A stretch of 64,000 bases of DNA from Podarcis vaucheri (lineage: Eukaryota), in assembly GCA_965113315.1 (NCBI GenBank), contig OZ220366.1; one strand, given 5' to 3'. A model generated the notes under the pieces. It was not told where the DNA came from. It saw only the letters and a program-made list of their open reading frames with translations, and did not search any database. The position numbers and the translations under genes are program-made. Of this stretch, positions 12,146 through 25,739 are shown piece after piece; position 1 is the stretch's first letter, and every line of letters starts with the position of its first letter.

Positions 12146-14800
12146 CAAAATCTGCAACCATTATGCAGTGATTACAAGTACTTAGTTTGGTAATGCTTGC
12201 TGAATCAAAGGAAAATATTTTACGTGTATTCAAAAGGTAGTTTAAAATTGTGGCTGTAGTACATTAATGAATTAAAGGGTGACATGAGGAATGCACACCT
12301 TTCATAAAGTGAATTAATACCTTCAATCTTAAAACAAGTTGATTCACATGTTGTGGAAGATTGCAGAAGTCACATTTACCATTTATTTCATGGGCTGCAT
12401 GGAAATAATCCAGCAAGAGACTGGCCCATGTGGGCATTATGCCATATACTCAAACTCGTCTACAACAACTCAAAGCTATGGTCTGCAGACCAGTGATCAC
12501 CAGTGATCAGCTGCTGATCTGTGGCAACTCTACCATAGCCCAGGTTAGGTGGGATGTGTCAGGGACCAAATACGGTAATAGCCCGACACATTTGTGGGTG
12601 GGAAGTGGGATTACCAATGCACCACATGAGATAGTTTGAAAAGCACTGTTGTACAGTCACGTACAATCTCTTTCAAAACCAAAATGAGTTACCAATCATT
12701 TCGGTTATGGATACTTCACTAGGCCATTTTTTAACAGGACCCTTCTTATTTGCTTCTGAGTTTTCACACATTTAAACAAGCAGAATGTAATTTTTCATTC
12801 ATTAAGATTGAAAGAGAAAAAGCAGTCAGTGGCACTACAGAGAGCAACTCTGAAGAGCCCTCTGCAAGTTTCTGCAGTTGATTTTTGTTTTACATTGATC
12901 ATGAGATACAGAAACTATACCCAGGGATTTTTAAATGTTGACAGGCATATATTTTGTAGCTGTACATTACTTGCTGACAACTAGTGCTGTCAGGATCTGT
13001 CTTCATGCAAAAGTGATTGACCTTTGTTCATAGTTATCAAAACAAGTGAAGAAAAGCAGTAGCAAAAGCAAACAGTTTGACTAGAGCAGCTGTTGTCCAA
13101 CTTCAGTGTTCAGATAAATATTTTCACGGAAATTATCGGCTTTATTTTTCAGTCAATTCTACCTAAAGATTCTTATCAGCTTAAGAAGCTGGTCAAAATA
13201 TTTACAGTGCTATCCATCTTATTTTTAAAACTCACTGCCATTAAAAAATATGTAGTAATTCCGCTGTTAATAGCTCTTTTAAAAGTATCTTTCATTCAAG
13301 CAAAAAACCCCAAACAAACTACAAGCAATTCTTACAGAACAATTGCAGACTTGAGTGTGTGGTCAAAGGTCCTCAAAACCTAAATACAGTAATTTACATC
13401 CTTATTCAATACATGTATTATGCAATGAATGACAAGTAAAAAGGCCCTGTGTTTCCATTCATGCTAGTAAGGTCCCCCAAATTTTACCAACCCCTCCATC
13501 CCTGCACTTATGCCTTCTGCCCTACTGAAAACTCATCCTGTGGGTTGGGGAGCACTCCATAACTGAATGAGATATGATAAAGAGGGCTGCAGTAGGTAGA
13601 GGGGGGTCATAAAAAAAATCAGGTGTCCCAACTTGCACAAGAAGAAATGTTTCTGCCACCACTGGATGGACCTACAGAAACAAAGCCTATGGATCATGGT
13701 TCATAATAAGGATGGTTAGGAACGTGTCCACTTTGGCTGCCTGAAATTTCTAGTACCTTTGATAACTGGATGAAAGCGGTGTCAATCGTTAACTCTCTAC
13801 TGATTTTCTTAAGTCAGTAACATGTTTGCTAAAACACAATAATACATATTGGTGAATTATCTTGCACTACTTGCTCCTAAATAAGCAGCACTATTTTTTT
13901 ACTTCCAATCCTTCTAAAAGTCTTGATTTGTACTAATTCTAAAAATTTTAAGTATGCTTCCATCATCTTACTTTAAACTGAGCATAGAATTTTTGACATA
14001 ATTTTATTATTACTGCGGTGTAATGGTTACTAACTTTACAAACATGCAGCAAGCCTTTTTTATTCTAGAGGGTTGGCAACTCAAACACAACTGTATTATT
14101 TTACTAGGGACGGCATCTTAGTACAAAACATTTCAACCTTCATTAATTAGATTTCAGCAGGAGCGGAGGAAAGTAAGAACACAATAGGGTTTCTTGGTTT
14201 TCCCCTCTTGCCCCTTATTTTTTTTTACAAATTATTTGTATTTAGGTCTTGTGTTTCTAGTCTGTGAAATAAAGTGACCTTTCTAAAGATTAATTTTTAC
14301 ATGCAAACTTATTTCCTTTGAATGCATCACCCCATACAACCAGCTCTGGGCCATGTCTGAGTAAAGGCATAATCAATGCCTTAAGGTCATGTCATGTCCC
14401 ATTGCTGACATTTACATGACACTCTGCCTCTGTATAAATTCTTGTAGAACTTCAAGTGATATATGTAAGTGGAAACTAAACAAGATGATAACCAAGCAGT
14501 TTACTTGGTGCTAGGGCTTCTTGCCTATTAAAAGAGACATATTCCAAAAAATGGTGATGAACTTATGTGCCTCTAGAAGGAACAAGCAGACCCCCCCCCA
14601 AATCAAACTTATATGTCTAAAATTTTAGTTACACTAACAGAAACTCCACTTACACTTCTGTACTGGGGAAATATACAGCTTTATTAAAATAATCTCATAT
14701 TTGCACCTTAGGCTTCCTACTTATTCTTTAGAAGGTACCCGTTTCTCTTCATTGCAGCATTCAGGTCAGGAATGCTCCATGTACACTGATAAGGCAAGTA

Positions 14801-15141
14801 CAGTGGTGCCCCGCAAGACGAATGCCTTGCAAGACGGAAAACCCGCTAGACGAAAGGGTTTTCCGTTTTTGAGCTGCTTCGCAAGACGATTTTCCATATG
14901 GGCTTGCTTTGCAAGACGAAAACGTCTTGCAAGTGTTCCGGTTTTTCCCCGCCCCCCCTTTTCTAAACCGCTAAGCCGCTAATAGCCTTTTAGCCGCTAA
15001 TCTGCTAATCCTTTAATAGCTGCTAAGCCGCTAATAGCGCTAATCCACTAAGCCGCTAACAGGGTTGCTTCGCAAGACGAAAAAACCGCTAGGCGAAGAG
15101 ACTCGCGGAACGGATTAATTTCGTCTTGCGAGGCACCTCTG
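14801..15141. mobile_element. Tc1/mariner (pogo/Tigger-like) MITE, family B
   Basis: TA flanks on both sides; TIR CAGTGGTGCCCCGCAAGACGAA vs CAGAGGTGCCTCGCAAGACGAA (reverse complement of right end); internal reiterated GCAAGACG and CCGCTAA motifs. Confidence 0.9.
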
Positions 15142-15450
15142 TACAGCAAGACAAACAGATTTTTATCTCAGGTTCGTGATTCCTTGCATCATGAAAATAC
15201 ACATTATACTCTCCTTTATTTCCATATATAAGTTTAAAAGTGTAAGATTTTAAACTATATTTTAATACCAGTACAGAAAAGATACATAATAAATAAATAA
15301 ATAAGATATAATTTCTAAACTTCTGTACTGTACAGATAAAAGAGAAACTGATCCCCATTTTTCAGTCCCAAAAACTGTCTAGAATACCTTCCAAACTTCA
15401 ATACCTTCTCTCTGAACCACTGTCTTGCCAGAGATTACAGTTTGAGAAGA

Positions 15451-15665
15451 CAGTGGTACCTCGGGTTACATACGCTTCAGGTTACAGACTTCGTTAACCC
15501 AGAAATATTACCTTGGATTAAGAACTTTGCTTCAGGATGAGAACAGAAATCGTGTGGCGGCAGCAGGAGGCCCCATTAGCTAAAGTGGTGCTTCAGGTTA
15601 AGAACAGTTTCAGGTTAAGAACGGACCTCCGGAACAAATTAAGTACTTAACCCAAGGTACCACTG
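15451..15665 (+). mobile_element. Tc1/mariner-type MITE, family A copy 1
   Basis: TIR CAGTGGTACCTCGGGTTA...TAACCCAAGGTACCACTG followed by TA; near-identical to copies at 16431, 52313 and 63521. Confidence 0.92.
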
Positions 15666-16430
15666 TATTTCTAACATCCTGAATCACATACAGACACATG
15701 TCAGAAAGAAGCTCTGCCCACGATACAACAAACCCAGCACATGTTGATAAGCAACCACCATGTGTTCAAAAATAGCCAAGAAACAAGACGTTCAGGACCA
15801 AGATTTTGTTACAGATATTTTTATTAATAAAAAAAAAGGGAATTGAGGCAAACCAATGACACAAAGCTTTAAGTCTCTTGTTCAAACTGGACAAAACACT
15901 GGCCTTCATTGGTGATTCTCCTGATTTATGTTATCTTATGTTATCTGCTGAAAATAGAACAGGCTTTGATTTAAAAACAAAATTATGTGGGATGGATTTC
16001 CATTATTTAGAAGCCAATTTACTTAGCTATAGGAACGTCTAGCATTTAAGAGGTTCCTAGATGTCTCCCTTAACACAATTTATTGCAAGCCCATAGAACT
16101 TGTGACTCGCTGAGCTGAATGCAACTTGTAAATACAAGAAGTAACGCCTATCTGCAAGGTTTTGCCAATGTACATACTTTAGTAGTAGTCACTGGTACCT
16201 GGTACCCTGGTTCCCATTCAGTCTATGGTGGCAGACCACTTACTTGAGAGTAAGGAAAATATCTTTATCAACTCAGATAAATGGTACAGACTCAGCACCA
16301 GATACAGAGGCAAGAGGACCACCGAACAACAAGAGATAGAGATACGAAATGCTGGGCGGGGGGAAACATATAAACAAATGTATATGCTGCCTTTCATTCC
16401 TCAAAAGGACCTCCAAACCACAAACATATA

Positions 16431-16656
16431 CAGTAGTACCTCGGGTTACATATGCTTCAGGTTACAGACTCCCCCAACCCAGAAATAGTACTTCGGGTTA
16501 AGAACTTTGCTTCAGGATGAGAACAGAAATCGTGCTCCAGCGGTGCGGCGGCAGCGGGAGGCCCCATTAGCTAAAGTGGTGCTTCAGGTTAAGAACAGTT
16601 TCAGGTCAAGAATGGACCTCCAGAACGAATTAAGTACTTAACCCAAGGTACCACTG
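16431..16656 (+). mobile_element. Tc1/mariner-type MITE, family A copy 2
   Basis: TA TSD on both sides; same TIRs and internal sequence as copy 1. Confidence 0.93.
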
Positions 16657-16739
16657 TATCTTAATATGGTAAAAAGCAAGAGCAGTGAAAATTTGCTCTT
16701 CAAGAACCCTAAAAATATAGTAAAAATAAATTAATTCAC

Positions 16740-16927
16740 AATGGCTACTAACCACCTCCATGGTTGGAGGCAATAATGCTTCTGAATACCAGTTGCTGGA
16801 AACCACAGGAAGGGAGAGTGCTCTTCTGCTCAGGTCCTTCTTGCAGGCTTCTCATGGGCATCTGGCTAGACATTGTGAGAAAAGCATGCTAGCCTAGGCT
16901 GGCCTGATCCAGTGGCGCTGTTCTCAT
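16740..16927 (+). mobile_element. CR1 LINE 3' UTR fragment (second CR1 family)
   Basis: ctgaataccagttgctggaaacc...gggcatctgg...ggcctgatccag; homologous to the minus-strand copy at 28551. Confidence 0.75.
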
Positions 16928-19900
16928 ACAGCCACCATACAAAAATATACATGAGTTCTAATAACAGCTATATAGGTTTGTCAAACCTAAACCAGATGCT
17001 GCCTCCTATGCTGGCTAATAGGTTTGTGGCACACCATCCACCTTGGTTTAACCATCAATATAGGTGCAGCAGTTGTTGATCTCATGAGGAATATAAATTT
17101 CTAGCATCGCATTGGAATTGACAGTCAACCAGAGGGTTATGCTGATGTAGTAATGGGGTCAATGCCATTTTAACAGCAAGAGCCTGTATCATCAGATATT
17201 CTGATTTACAGGACTGAATTAGGGAGATGTGGGAGAAAGTTAGGGTATGCACCTTTCTAAGAATTTACAGCTTGACCGTTTGTCTCTTTCTGTTCAAATT
17301 TCTTATCATCAAAAATTGCTGTCAGCTGGCCACCACACCACTGATGTTGCAGCTTGTCCAACTAGCTGCAATTACAAATTACCACCTCATAGTTTCCCAC
17401 ATTTAAGGCTGTCACTATAGTTGTCAGAGTGTGTGTAATTGCTGCACAGTACCCTCACAATCGGTTTCTGCACTGATCTATAGAGCCACTCTATTCTGCA
17501 GCTGTCAGAATGCTGACACCAACTGCAGTTAATGACACAGCGTCATCTCCCCAGCTCGTTTACCTGCCGGCCTGCAAACAAATGGACACTGGCAGGGAAG
17601 AAAGAAAGTGAGCAGCAGATACAATATTTATCATAATCACTATGATCCACGATGGAGGAAAATCAATTTCTCTTAATCGAGTAGAGTGACTTATTAAGGG
17701 TTATGAGTCCTGGCTGGGTGGCTGCACTGATTTGATTAGGTTAAAAGAGAAATTAGCAGCAAGGTCCTAGACTGTCCCTCTGTATCTCCGTCTTCTGTCT
17801 TCAGGTTGTTATTATTATAAAAGTCTTAGTGTGCAGGGCCTGCTCTGATTGGGGAGACCACAAGTAAACAGGGTGCCAAAAAGGTTTCAGAAGTGTTGAC
17901 AAGTAAAGATGTAAACAGTCACAATTTGCCCATTGCAGCATTTTTCATTTATAATTGAAAGAGCAGAACTATGGCACATGGCTGCTGCAAACACAGGATA
18001 TCTTCCTATAACGTTTTTAGAAGGTGCTGACTCAATTTGTCCTTCCTATTTCCCAGATTTGAAAAAGGAGGGCATATAAAACCATTAACTGCAGTTACTG
18101 AGGGCACTGTGTAGTGTGACCATATATTAAAGCCGTAAGGATTTTGCAGGACATGATCTATTAAAAGAAACAAATCTCCCTTTTATATTCAAACTTTGAT
18201 GCAGGTTTAAGATAGCGAGAAAAATGAGTATTTAAAATTTTAATTTTAAGGCTCATGAACCTTGTAAACTAAGGAAACATATGAAGCATTATTTGTGACG
18301 ATTGCCTGGCAGTCATGGTGAACAAAATCCCTAAATTACACTTCTTTGTTTCCTTTTTCAGTATTTGGAGAGGACTGGGAAATCAGGGTATTATCCACTG
18401 GTAAGTTCTTTTGTACAAACTATGCCTTTAATTGAACTCCAGTTAATTCAACTAAACCTTGCACAGAAGATTGTAATGATTTTTAGCACTTTTATATTAG
18501 TTTCAGATATAATATGTGGCAAATTGATAAATAGTGTTTGGGAACTGTGGTAATTTCAAAGGATAGGTGAAAGAGGAACATGAAGGAAACTCATAGCTTA
18601 TGCAACCTTTAAAACACAGCATAACTTGAATATTCCATGTACAGTACAATGTAATTTAGGCTGGGAGGGATAACTTCTCGCGTTCTCTAGTTAGTTATGA
18701 TCATCTATCTGCTGAATATCCATACACTTGCTGAATTGAATATACCTATTATTATGTATTGAAATTATATACTGTCCTATACCCCGAGGTCTTAGGGTGG
18801 TTCACAGAAAAGATCTTCTACCTATTGGTATCTTCTTCAGAACCATAGAAGTTAACTTGCTTTTCAAGCATCATAATTTTTGTCCTAATGGTTGTCCTCC
18901 AAGAGTTGCAATAGTAAAAGGGGAAGTTGGGATGGTCTCAAACTGGCTAAGGGAGGGGTTCTCCGAAGTCAGTATGATTCCTTGTCTACCTACCATATTT
19001 TTATGCAAACTGCTATGGTTCAGCAAAGTTCAATACAATATAAAAGATAAATTATTTAAATATGTGAATGGCCAAGCCACATTCTAGTGTTCTTAATGTT
19101 TAAACTTCTTAAGCTTAGGAATCCTTCATAAATCTTGACAATCTGCCAACCTTACTTTAGATATGGATACTCATACTTTGTTCTTATAACAGAAACCTTG
19201 GATTGAGAAATGTGTCAAAGTGTAGTGATTGGTTGTTATAAATATGTATCAGATACCTGAATAATTCTTTTAAACATGCCAGCCAAGTGTAGCATCCTCC
19301 ACCATATCCAAAGCTAGATGTCAGTGTAAAAGCTTTGCTTACGTTACAAGCAATGCAAGCCTCCACATCTCAAAGTGATTTGCCTTGTTACAACATTGAG
19401 GTTTACCAATACAATTGGTATCATGAAACTCCTAAACATAAAGGAATACTCTCAAGAACTGCTCCTTTTAAAACTATTTTATACCACCATTAAGTTTACA
19501 AATTCAGCGGTTTTCAAACCCCGTTCCAGGTCACCTGGAACTATAGCAGAGGATTCCTCAATTAAATTAAATTAACACTGAATTCTAAAAATGCTTAGTA
19601 GACTTGCCTTAACATGAACAAAGTGTATGATTCTTCAGAAACATTTGTAATTCACTAGGGTTTCTCAACAGCCAAGTTAGAAATAGATCCCCAAGAAGTA
19701 AAACATCTGAAAACACTGCAGACAAAAATATCATATTTGCTTATTCCCATTTAAGGACCTCTCTCTAAAGCTAAAACCATAACAGATATCTCAAGTGTCT
19801 TTCCCCCTAATAAACAGAACACTGTAAAATGAACACACTGTACTTTGGGGGCCCACAGTCACATTGGGCTATATTCAGAACCTTCCCCAACCCAAGGCAA

Positions 19901-20778
19901 AAAAACTGCACCCACAAAACCTGCCCCCAAATTAGTGCACAGAATGATATATTAGTCTATGAAAGGGTCCAGACAGTTTAACAAGTATTTGCAACGATGT
20001 GGCAGCTGCCCTGCATGCCCAGGGTTTCTTTTTCAATGAAGCATTTTAATTCAAGATTATATTTATTTAGCATATATTTGTTAAAATAATTATTTATAGC
20101 ATAGTAGTTTGTTTTAACAATGCATTTCAAATCTGAATTGCAAGGGAGAAGTTAAGTGACCAGAGGTGAGTTCTGTTGTTTTATATTCATGTTTTATACG
20201 CTAACCACCTCCAGCTAGGCAGCTGCAAACTTAAATTTAATGACCACATGCCTGCCTTTAAATCATCTTCTGAATGCATTTCAGAGAATGGGCCATGACA
20301 ATGGTTTGAAGCTTTATTCTCCTCAGCAGCTACAAGTCATCACAATGCCTCCTCTAATCAGGTTACTCTGCATCTGCCTGTCACAAATAACCTAGTAACA
20401 ACTAAATGGATTGCTATAAATCTTTCAATTAGAATGCATAACTTTATTAGCACAATATTTCTGAACTGACTGCAATACTTTAAATAAGAGCTTTCATTTA
20501 CTCTGTCACTTGGGGGTCAAATGTGCACACTGGACAGAAGCTGTATAAATACAAAATTTGAATCTGGTGATCTCAGGCACCTCCTCTTCATGTTTACAAT
20601 GCAAGCAAATTACCCAACTGCCAAGATGTTTCAGGTAATGTTAAGAAATAGACTGACAGCAAACATAATATGTTATAATTCCACATCTATGCTTGCTAGT
20701 CCTTCTATACTGCTCTGCTCTGGGAATTACAATTTCTTTAATAATGCATTTGTCTGTATTACTTTTAGCTATTTCCAT

Positions 20779-20845
20779 GCTGTGAACAGACCTAAGATCT
20801 ATAGATGAAGGGTGGTATACAAATCTAATAAATAAATAAAATTAA

Positions 20846-20893
<48 letters not shown>
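20779..20893 (+). repeat. L2/SINE 3' end with expanded (TAAA)n microsatellite tail
   Basis: gctgtgaacagacctaagatc...gggtggtatacaaat followed by a long (TAAA)n run. Confidence 0.75.
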
Positions 20894-21169
20894 AACTTCT
20901 TAGGGCCAAACCACCCACCATATGCAATCATGTCCAACTATAGATGGATGCCCCTTTCTTTTATTGAAAAGCAGATCTGAAGGAGATACCGTAAGTAGTG
21001 TGATGAAGACACTTAACTCGTTTCCTACTCATTCCCTATTTTTTTCATCCAACACACTTCTAAATATGTTTTATTTTGTATTACCCTCTCCAACTGACCA
21101 TTTCTCCAAAGAATTTCAGATTCACAAGACAGAGATCCATTTGGAGATAAAATATTAAGTGGGAAACAG

Positions 21170-21850
21170 ACAGGATTATTCACCACCTCCCCAAGCAAAT
21201 TTCAGTTGTTTTTTTAAAGGTCATTGGCTGTGCTTGTTGGGGCTTATGGGAGTTGTGCAACATCAGGAGAACTAAATGTTCCCCACACCTGGGCTAGGTA
21301 GACTAAATCTGAGCTGGGGAACCTCTGCACCAAGCACCAAGTGTGGCCTTTCTGGCCCTTGAGACTTTCCCTACATCATGCTCCCTCCCCAGTCTTGCTG
21401 AATGTCCTCATTAAGTGCTTTTTCCTGACAAGAATATGTTATTGTATTGCAATAATGCCTCTTGATTGTGTACAAGGATATCTGTATAGAAACCTCTGAC
21501 TTTTGGGTTACTGAAATGTAGCCTATACAAGGGTAAAAGTCACATGCACCTACCCTTGCATCTGGCTAAGCCCACTACTGCTATATGCCCACCCAAAAGT
21601 CACCCACAAGGGCACAAAGGGTCCTTCACCCCTTTACTAAAGGGACTAATAATCTGACTTTGTGTAAAGCACTGATGGCAAGCAGTTACTTTAAAAGTAG
21701 TTTCAGTACAACTACTACCTGAAACAAGCATTGCCAATATGTTCCTCTCCTGAATTTTTGGAATCCAGCTCCCATAACCCCCAGCCTATTGGTCAAGGAT
21801 GATGGGAGTTATAGTTCACATCATCGGAGCAGAGCAGGACAGCCCACTGT
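21170..21850. mobile_element. Cluster of decayed hAT-type MITE remnants
   Basis: Motifs gggagttg(t), ctcccat, gttccccacacctg and ggggaacct shared with the intact element at 25602; boundaries approximate. Confidence 0.5.
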
Positions 21851-23127
21851 CTACCACAATCTAAAAATGTATTTAACTACCAGTTAACCACACTTTAGTA
21901 AAGCTAAAATTATTATGTGTCCATCTATGTACGTGTAAGAAAAGCTCTGCCATTTAGTAGACCATCTTCATCTTAGAAGGCAGTATAGTTATGTAAAGAA
22001 GTGTTGCAAAACTCATAAAAATACAGCTATATTCTGAAAACCATTTTATTTCATTTATGATAGAGATTACAGCTTCTGCTGATACTGTATCGTTCATAAT
22101 GAAAATACAGGGTGATTCATAATGAAGTATACAGTTTCCTGTATACTTCATTATAAATCCCCCTTTATGTGCATTTCCTTGTTGGCTGTACAGAAGCCTT
22201 CACCAACTTGAGGAGCTTCAGATGCTTTTGACTGCAGTTTCCCATCAGCCCCAGCCAGCACAGTCTGGGGAAGGCGGCTACACACTATAATCAAACATGC
22301 ATGTTTAGCGAAGTTGATAGATTTATATACAAATTTAATTCCTTATAGATATTGCCTAGATAATTATCCCAAAGCTTTAGTCATTCGATGAATTCTGCAC
22401 TCCGTTTTTAAATTAATCTCCACAGTTCCTTTTCAATTTGACTACTGATTTTAATATGGCTCCAGAATTTCCTATTGTGCCATACATCTACACTGCTTGA
22501 CTTACTCCAGCTTCTCTTTCCAAACATGACTGTTTTATGACAATATAGGAAATAGGCTTAAACATATTGCATAGGCTAGGCTTAATCAACCTTGTTTGAT
22601 TCAGTAATAAAGGCATAAAGCAGCAAAGTAGTTACAGAGGTTATATTAAAGATTCCTGTTCCATACTGTGCCCATCGTCTTCAGAACTCAGTAATAGATC
22701 TCAAATCAATATTCATGTAGCATCTTAAATTTACCATTTTACCCTTCTTACAAGCAGCTCCACAGGGCCCATAAAATCAAGTGGTTAAATTTCTTTTAAA
22801 ACTAGTCAATTATAAATATAGGGCAATTTATTCATTAAGAAACTACTCAAGAGTTTAGGTTCTTGATTCTGCACTTAATCTTTTGCTACTGATTTCCACA
22901 CAATCTGTTTTATAACAACAAGCAGCACATTCCGAATAAGCTATTTCCTCTTGACACAAGTAGCTTCCATAACAATCTATGACATGCCTACTGAATGTAA
23001 AGTAGGAAAAATAATATTGGTTGAAGGCTAGGGAGGAACTTGGAGGGGAATTTGGAGAGCAAACTACAAGCCTGTTTGCATTCAATTTTGCATTAACTGG
23101 ACATGGTTTCTGACACCACATCTTCTA

Positions 23128-23218
23128 TGACTGCTATCCTAACCATGTCTACTTAGAAATAGGTCAAGTGAATTCAATAGGATTTACTCCCAGGTAAATG
23201 AGATTGAAACTACAGCCA
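23128..23218. mobile_element. Short imperfectly palindromic non-autonomous element (family C)
   Basis: catgtctacttagaaat...ttcaataggatttactcccaggtaa; related copies at about 26235-26593, 41069-41382 and 43488-43560. Confidence 0.55.
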
Positions 23219-24122
23219 AAAAAGCGAGAGGTGCCACTGAAGTTCACTGTGCTCAGATCTGGAAATCCTTTCTTCAATGACAAAATGAGCATTACAGGTC
23301 TTCTTGAGTTCTTCTTTGCCTCTGATTAAAATTCAACCTGGAAAAGACTCTCCTTTCCTCCCACCGACCCAACCAAGGCAGCTCCTACTCTCCAAGACTC
23401 TCTTACTTCTCTTTAAACAGTGCCTCTTTAAACAGGACTAGCATCAGTAGCAGCAGCTGTGCTACTGTGTCAGTACCCCTTGTGCAAAACAACTTTTCCA
23501 AGGGCCACCAGAGTGTATGCTAAATTTGGCTTGGCACTTAAAATGAGACAAGTCACCACCACTAAAAGCAATGTAAGAAGGCTCTAGAAGAATGGCGGAT
23601 CAAAGGAAAAGACATCAACAGCAGCATCTAGACCAGAAGAAGTGAGGAAGGGTTCAAATGCGACTTTCCTAGCCACCATGCAGTAAATGAAACAGCAATT
23701 TCAATACTGGAAGCACCAACTGGAAAAGGCAATCTGCTATACCTCCCAAGACTAGCCTGAATCAAGTTTCAGGAAGCAGTAGATGTGTCAGCTGCAATTC
23801 ATCAAAAGATTCAAAGGACGAGATTCACAGCAGGTTTGTCAAGAGGCAAAGAGAAAAAGATAGCAGAAAAAGGCCCAAAAGGCACAAATGCAAGAGGAAC
23901 AAGTGAATAAGGAGGACATCTCACACTTTGCCATCAATCTACTAAGCTTCTTATTACTCCCACCTCTTTATTATAACTTCTGTTTTTATTATGTTAAAAG
24001 TTGCTCAGTCAGATGGACAGGGTATAAGTAATTGTTATTGTTATTTCTTAATACTTTTAACAAAATTGCAGAATTTTGTCATGTCAGGTGTTGGCCACTT
24101 TTGTCTCTTAATTCACAGTGTA

Positions 24123-24124
24123 TG

Positions 24125-24158
<34 letters not shown>
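24123..24158. repeat. (TG)n microsatellite
   Basis: Directly visible, one interruption. Confidence 0.95.
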
Positions 24159-25155
24159 AAAACTATACAACATTATTTTCAAGAAAGACTTAAGAACATG
24201 AAGCGGAAAAGTCAGGGAATATTTAGAGTACTTAAACACATTTCCAAATTGATCTGCATTTTATTTGTGCACTGAAATGGAAGACTAAGAATATTAATAT
24301 GGCAAGTTTGACATTATAACAATTGATGCAAATGCTAGTATCTAATGATAATTCTTACATGCTTCTATCAATGAGAGAACAGAACTATTGTCACCTCTAA
24401 GTGTATGTGTAGTTTTGCTTCCTTGCATTTTCATAGCATGGACAAAAGAATAAGAGTGCACTTTCAGTCTAATTTACGTGCATGTCAATTGTAAGACATT
24501 TTCTTAAAATTCTGATGAAATAATTAGAGTGATTACAGGTTAGACATCAAAAGGACAATTCCCTATCTAGGTAAAATTAATTTAAGGTACTATAAACACT
24601 TCTGATCTCCTCCATATAATTCTTCTGGCTGTCATTTTCTTCAACTACCATCAACTAGGAGATGTTCTGCAAAAATCAGCCCTGTTCCCTGTCACTATGA
24701 TCATGTCATATCTTCCTAAGCTACACTAGTTTCCTGTCTCTTTTCACATAGATGCATAATTTTATTTGTATGCCACCTTTCCACAGTTCAAATCATGCTC
24801 AAGGAGGCTTACAAAATGAAAAAATATATGGCTACAACGTAACAACGGTAGTCATAATATATAAAATATTTTAAAACACACAACCAAGTGGAATGACTTC
24901 CACATAAATCATAAGATCTAAAATAAATATACAAAAGGCAACAGCAACAAACCCTGCCAACAGAAAACACCACACCCCAGCCCATGAACTTCAAATTTTA
25001 TATTTATCAGTTTAAGGCTTATCATATGTCTGCTCTGTTGGCTCCTTTCTTATCGCACCATTTCTTGTTCTCAGCATTCAAACTAATTTCCTAGTGTTCC
25101 CCCTCTCCAGTTGCTTTCCCCCACTCTTGAACACAGTGCTCCTTGTGGTTTAAAC

Positions 25156-25341
25156 CAGGGGTAGTCAACCTTTTTATACCTACCACCCACTAATGCATCT
25201 TTCTTGATGGTAAAATTTCCTTACCGCCCACCAGTGCTCGATGGAAGGAGGATTCAGCTTGTGCCGTAGAACTCCCCACCGCCCACCGAGAATCCTGAAA
25301 CGCCCACTAGTAGGCAGTAGGGACCAGGTTGACATCCCCTG
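25156..25341. mobile_element. hAT MITE with 16-bp TIR and 8-bp TSD
   Basis: TIR CAGGGGTAGTCAACCT vs CAGGGGATGTCAACCT; TSD gtttaaac (25148-25155) / ctttaaac (25342-25349). Confidence 0.92.
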
Positions 25342-25601
25342 CTTTAAACAGTCACTGTTCCACAGGTAGTGATGGCCACCATCTGAAATGACCTTAAAAG
25401 GGTCATGGACAACGGTCTTTCAACGATATAGCTACAGCCAAGCCACAGCACACCCACCTGAGTCAGATATACCACAGGGCAAGTAAAGAGCTGACTCAGC
25501 CAAAATGGGGTTTGCAGGTGCCTGCAAGACCCTGTGCAAAACTCTCTTCACACAACTTGGCAACCAGCTGATCACTGGATCTTTCAAAGCTCCTGGTAAA
25601 G

Positions 25602-25739
25602 CAGCCTTTCTCAACTTGTGGGTCCCCAGATGTTGTTGAACTACAACTCCCATCACCCCTAGCTAGCAAGGCCAGAGCTCAGGGATGATGGGAGTTGTAG
25701 TCCAACAACATCTGGAGACCCACAGGTTGAGAACCACTG
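25602..25739. mobile_element. Fully palindromic (foldback) hAT-type MITE
   Basis: 53-bp arms ttctcaacttgtgggtccccagatgttgttgaactacaactcccatcacccct and its inverted copy, with 4 mismatches; CAG...CTG termini. Confidence 0.9.

Noticed and set aside
13093-13383. ORF ending SYRTIADLSVWSKVLK, loosely like the LINE RT motif NYRPISLL..SKVLE
   Set aside because: Only a few matching residues and no adjacent RT motifs; cannot be separated from chance without an HMM search.
16291-16311. REST/RE1-like sequence ctcagcaccagatacagaggc
   Set aside because: Left half-site matches but the critical GG of the right half (GGACAG) is missing.
22390-23900. Possible heavily decayed L1 remnants (similar patches at about 280-760, 18830-19560 and 33040-33700)
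   Set aside because: Composition is suggestive but I could not read convincing motifs or boundaries; left unannotated.
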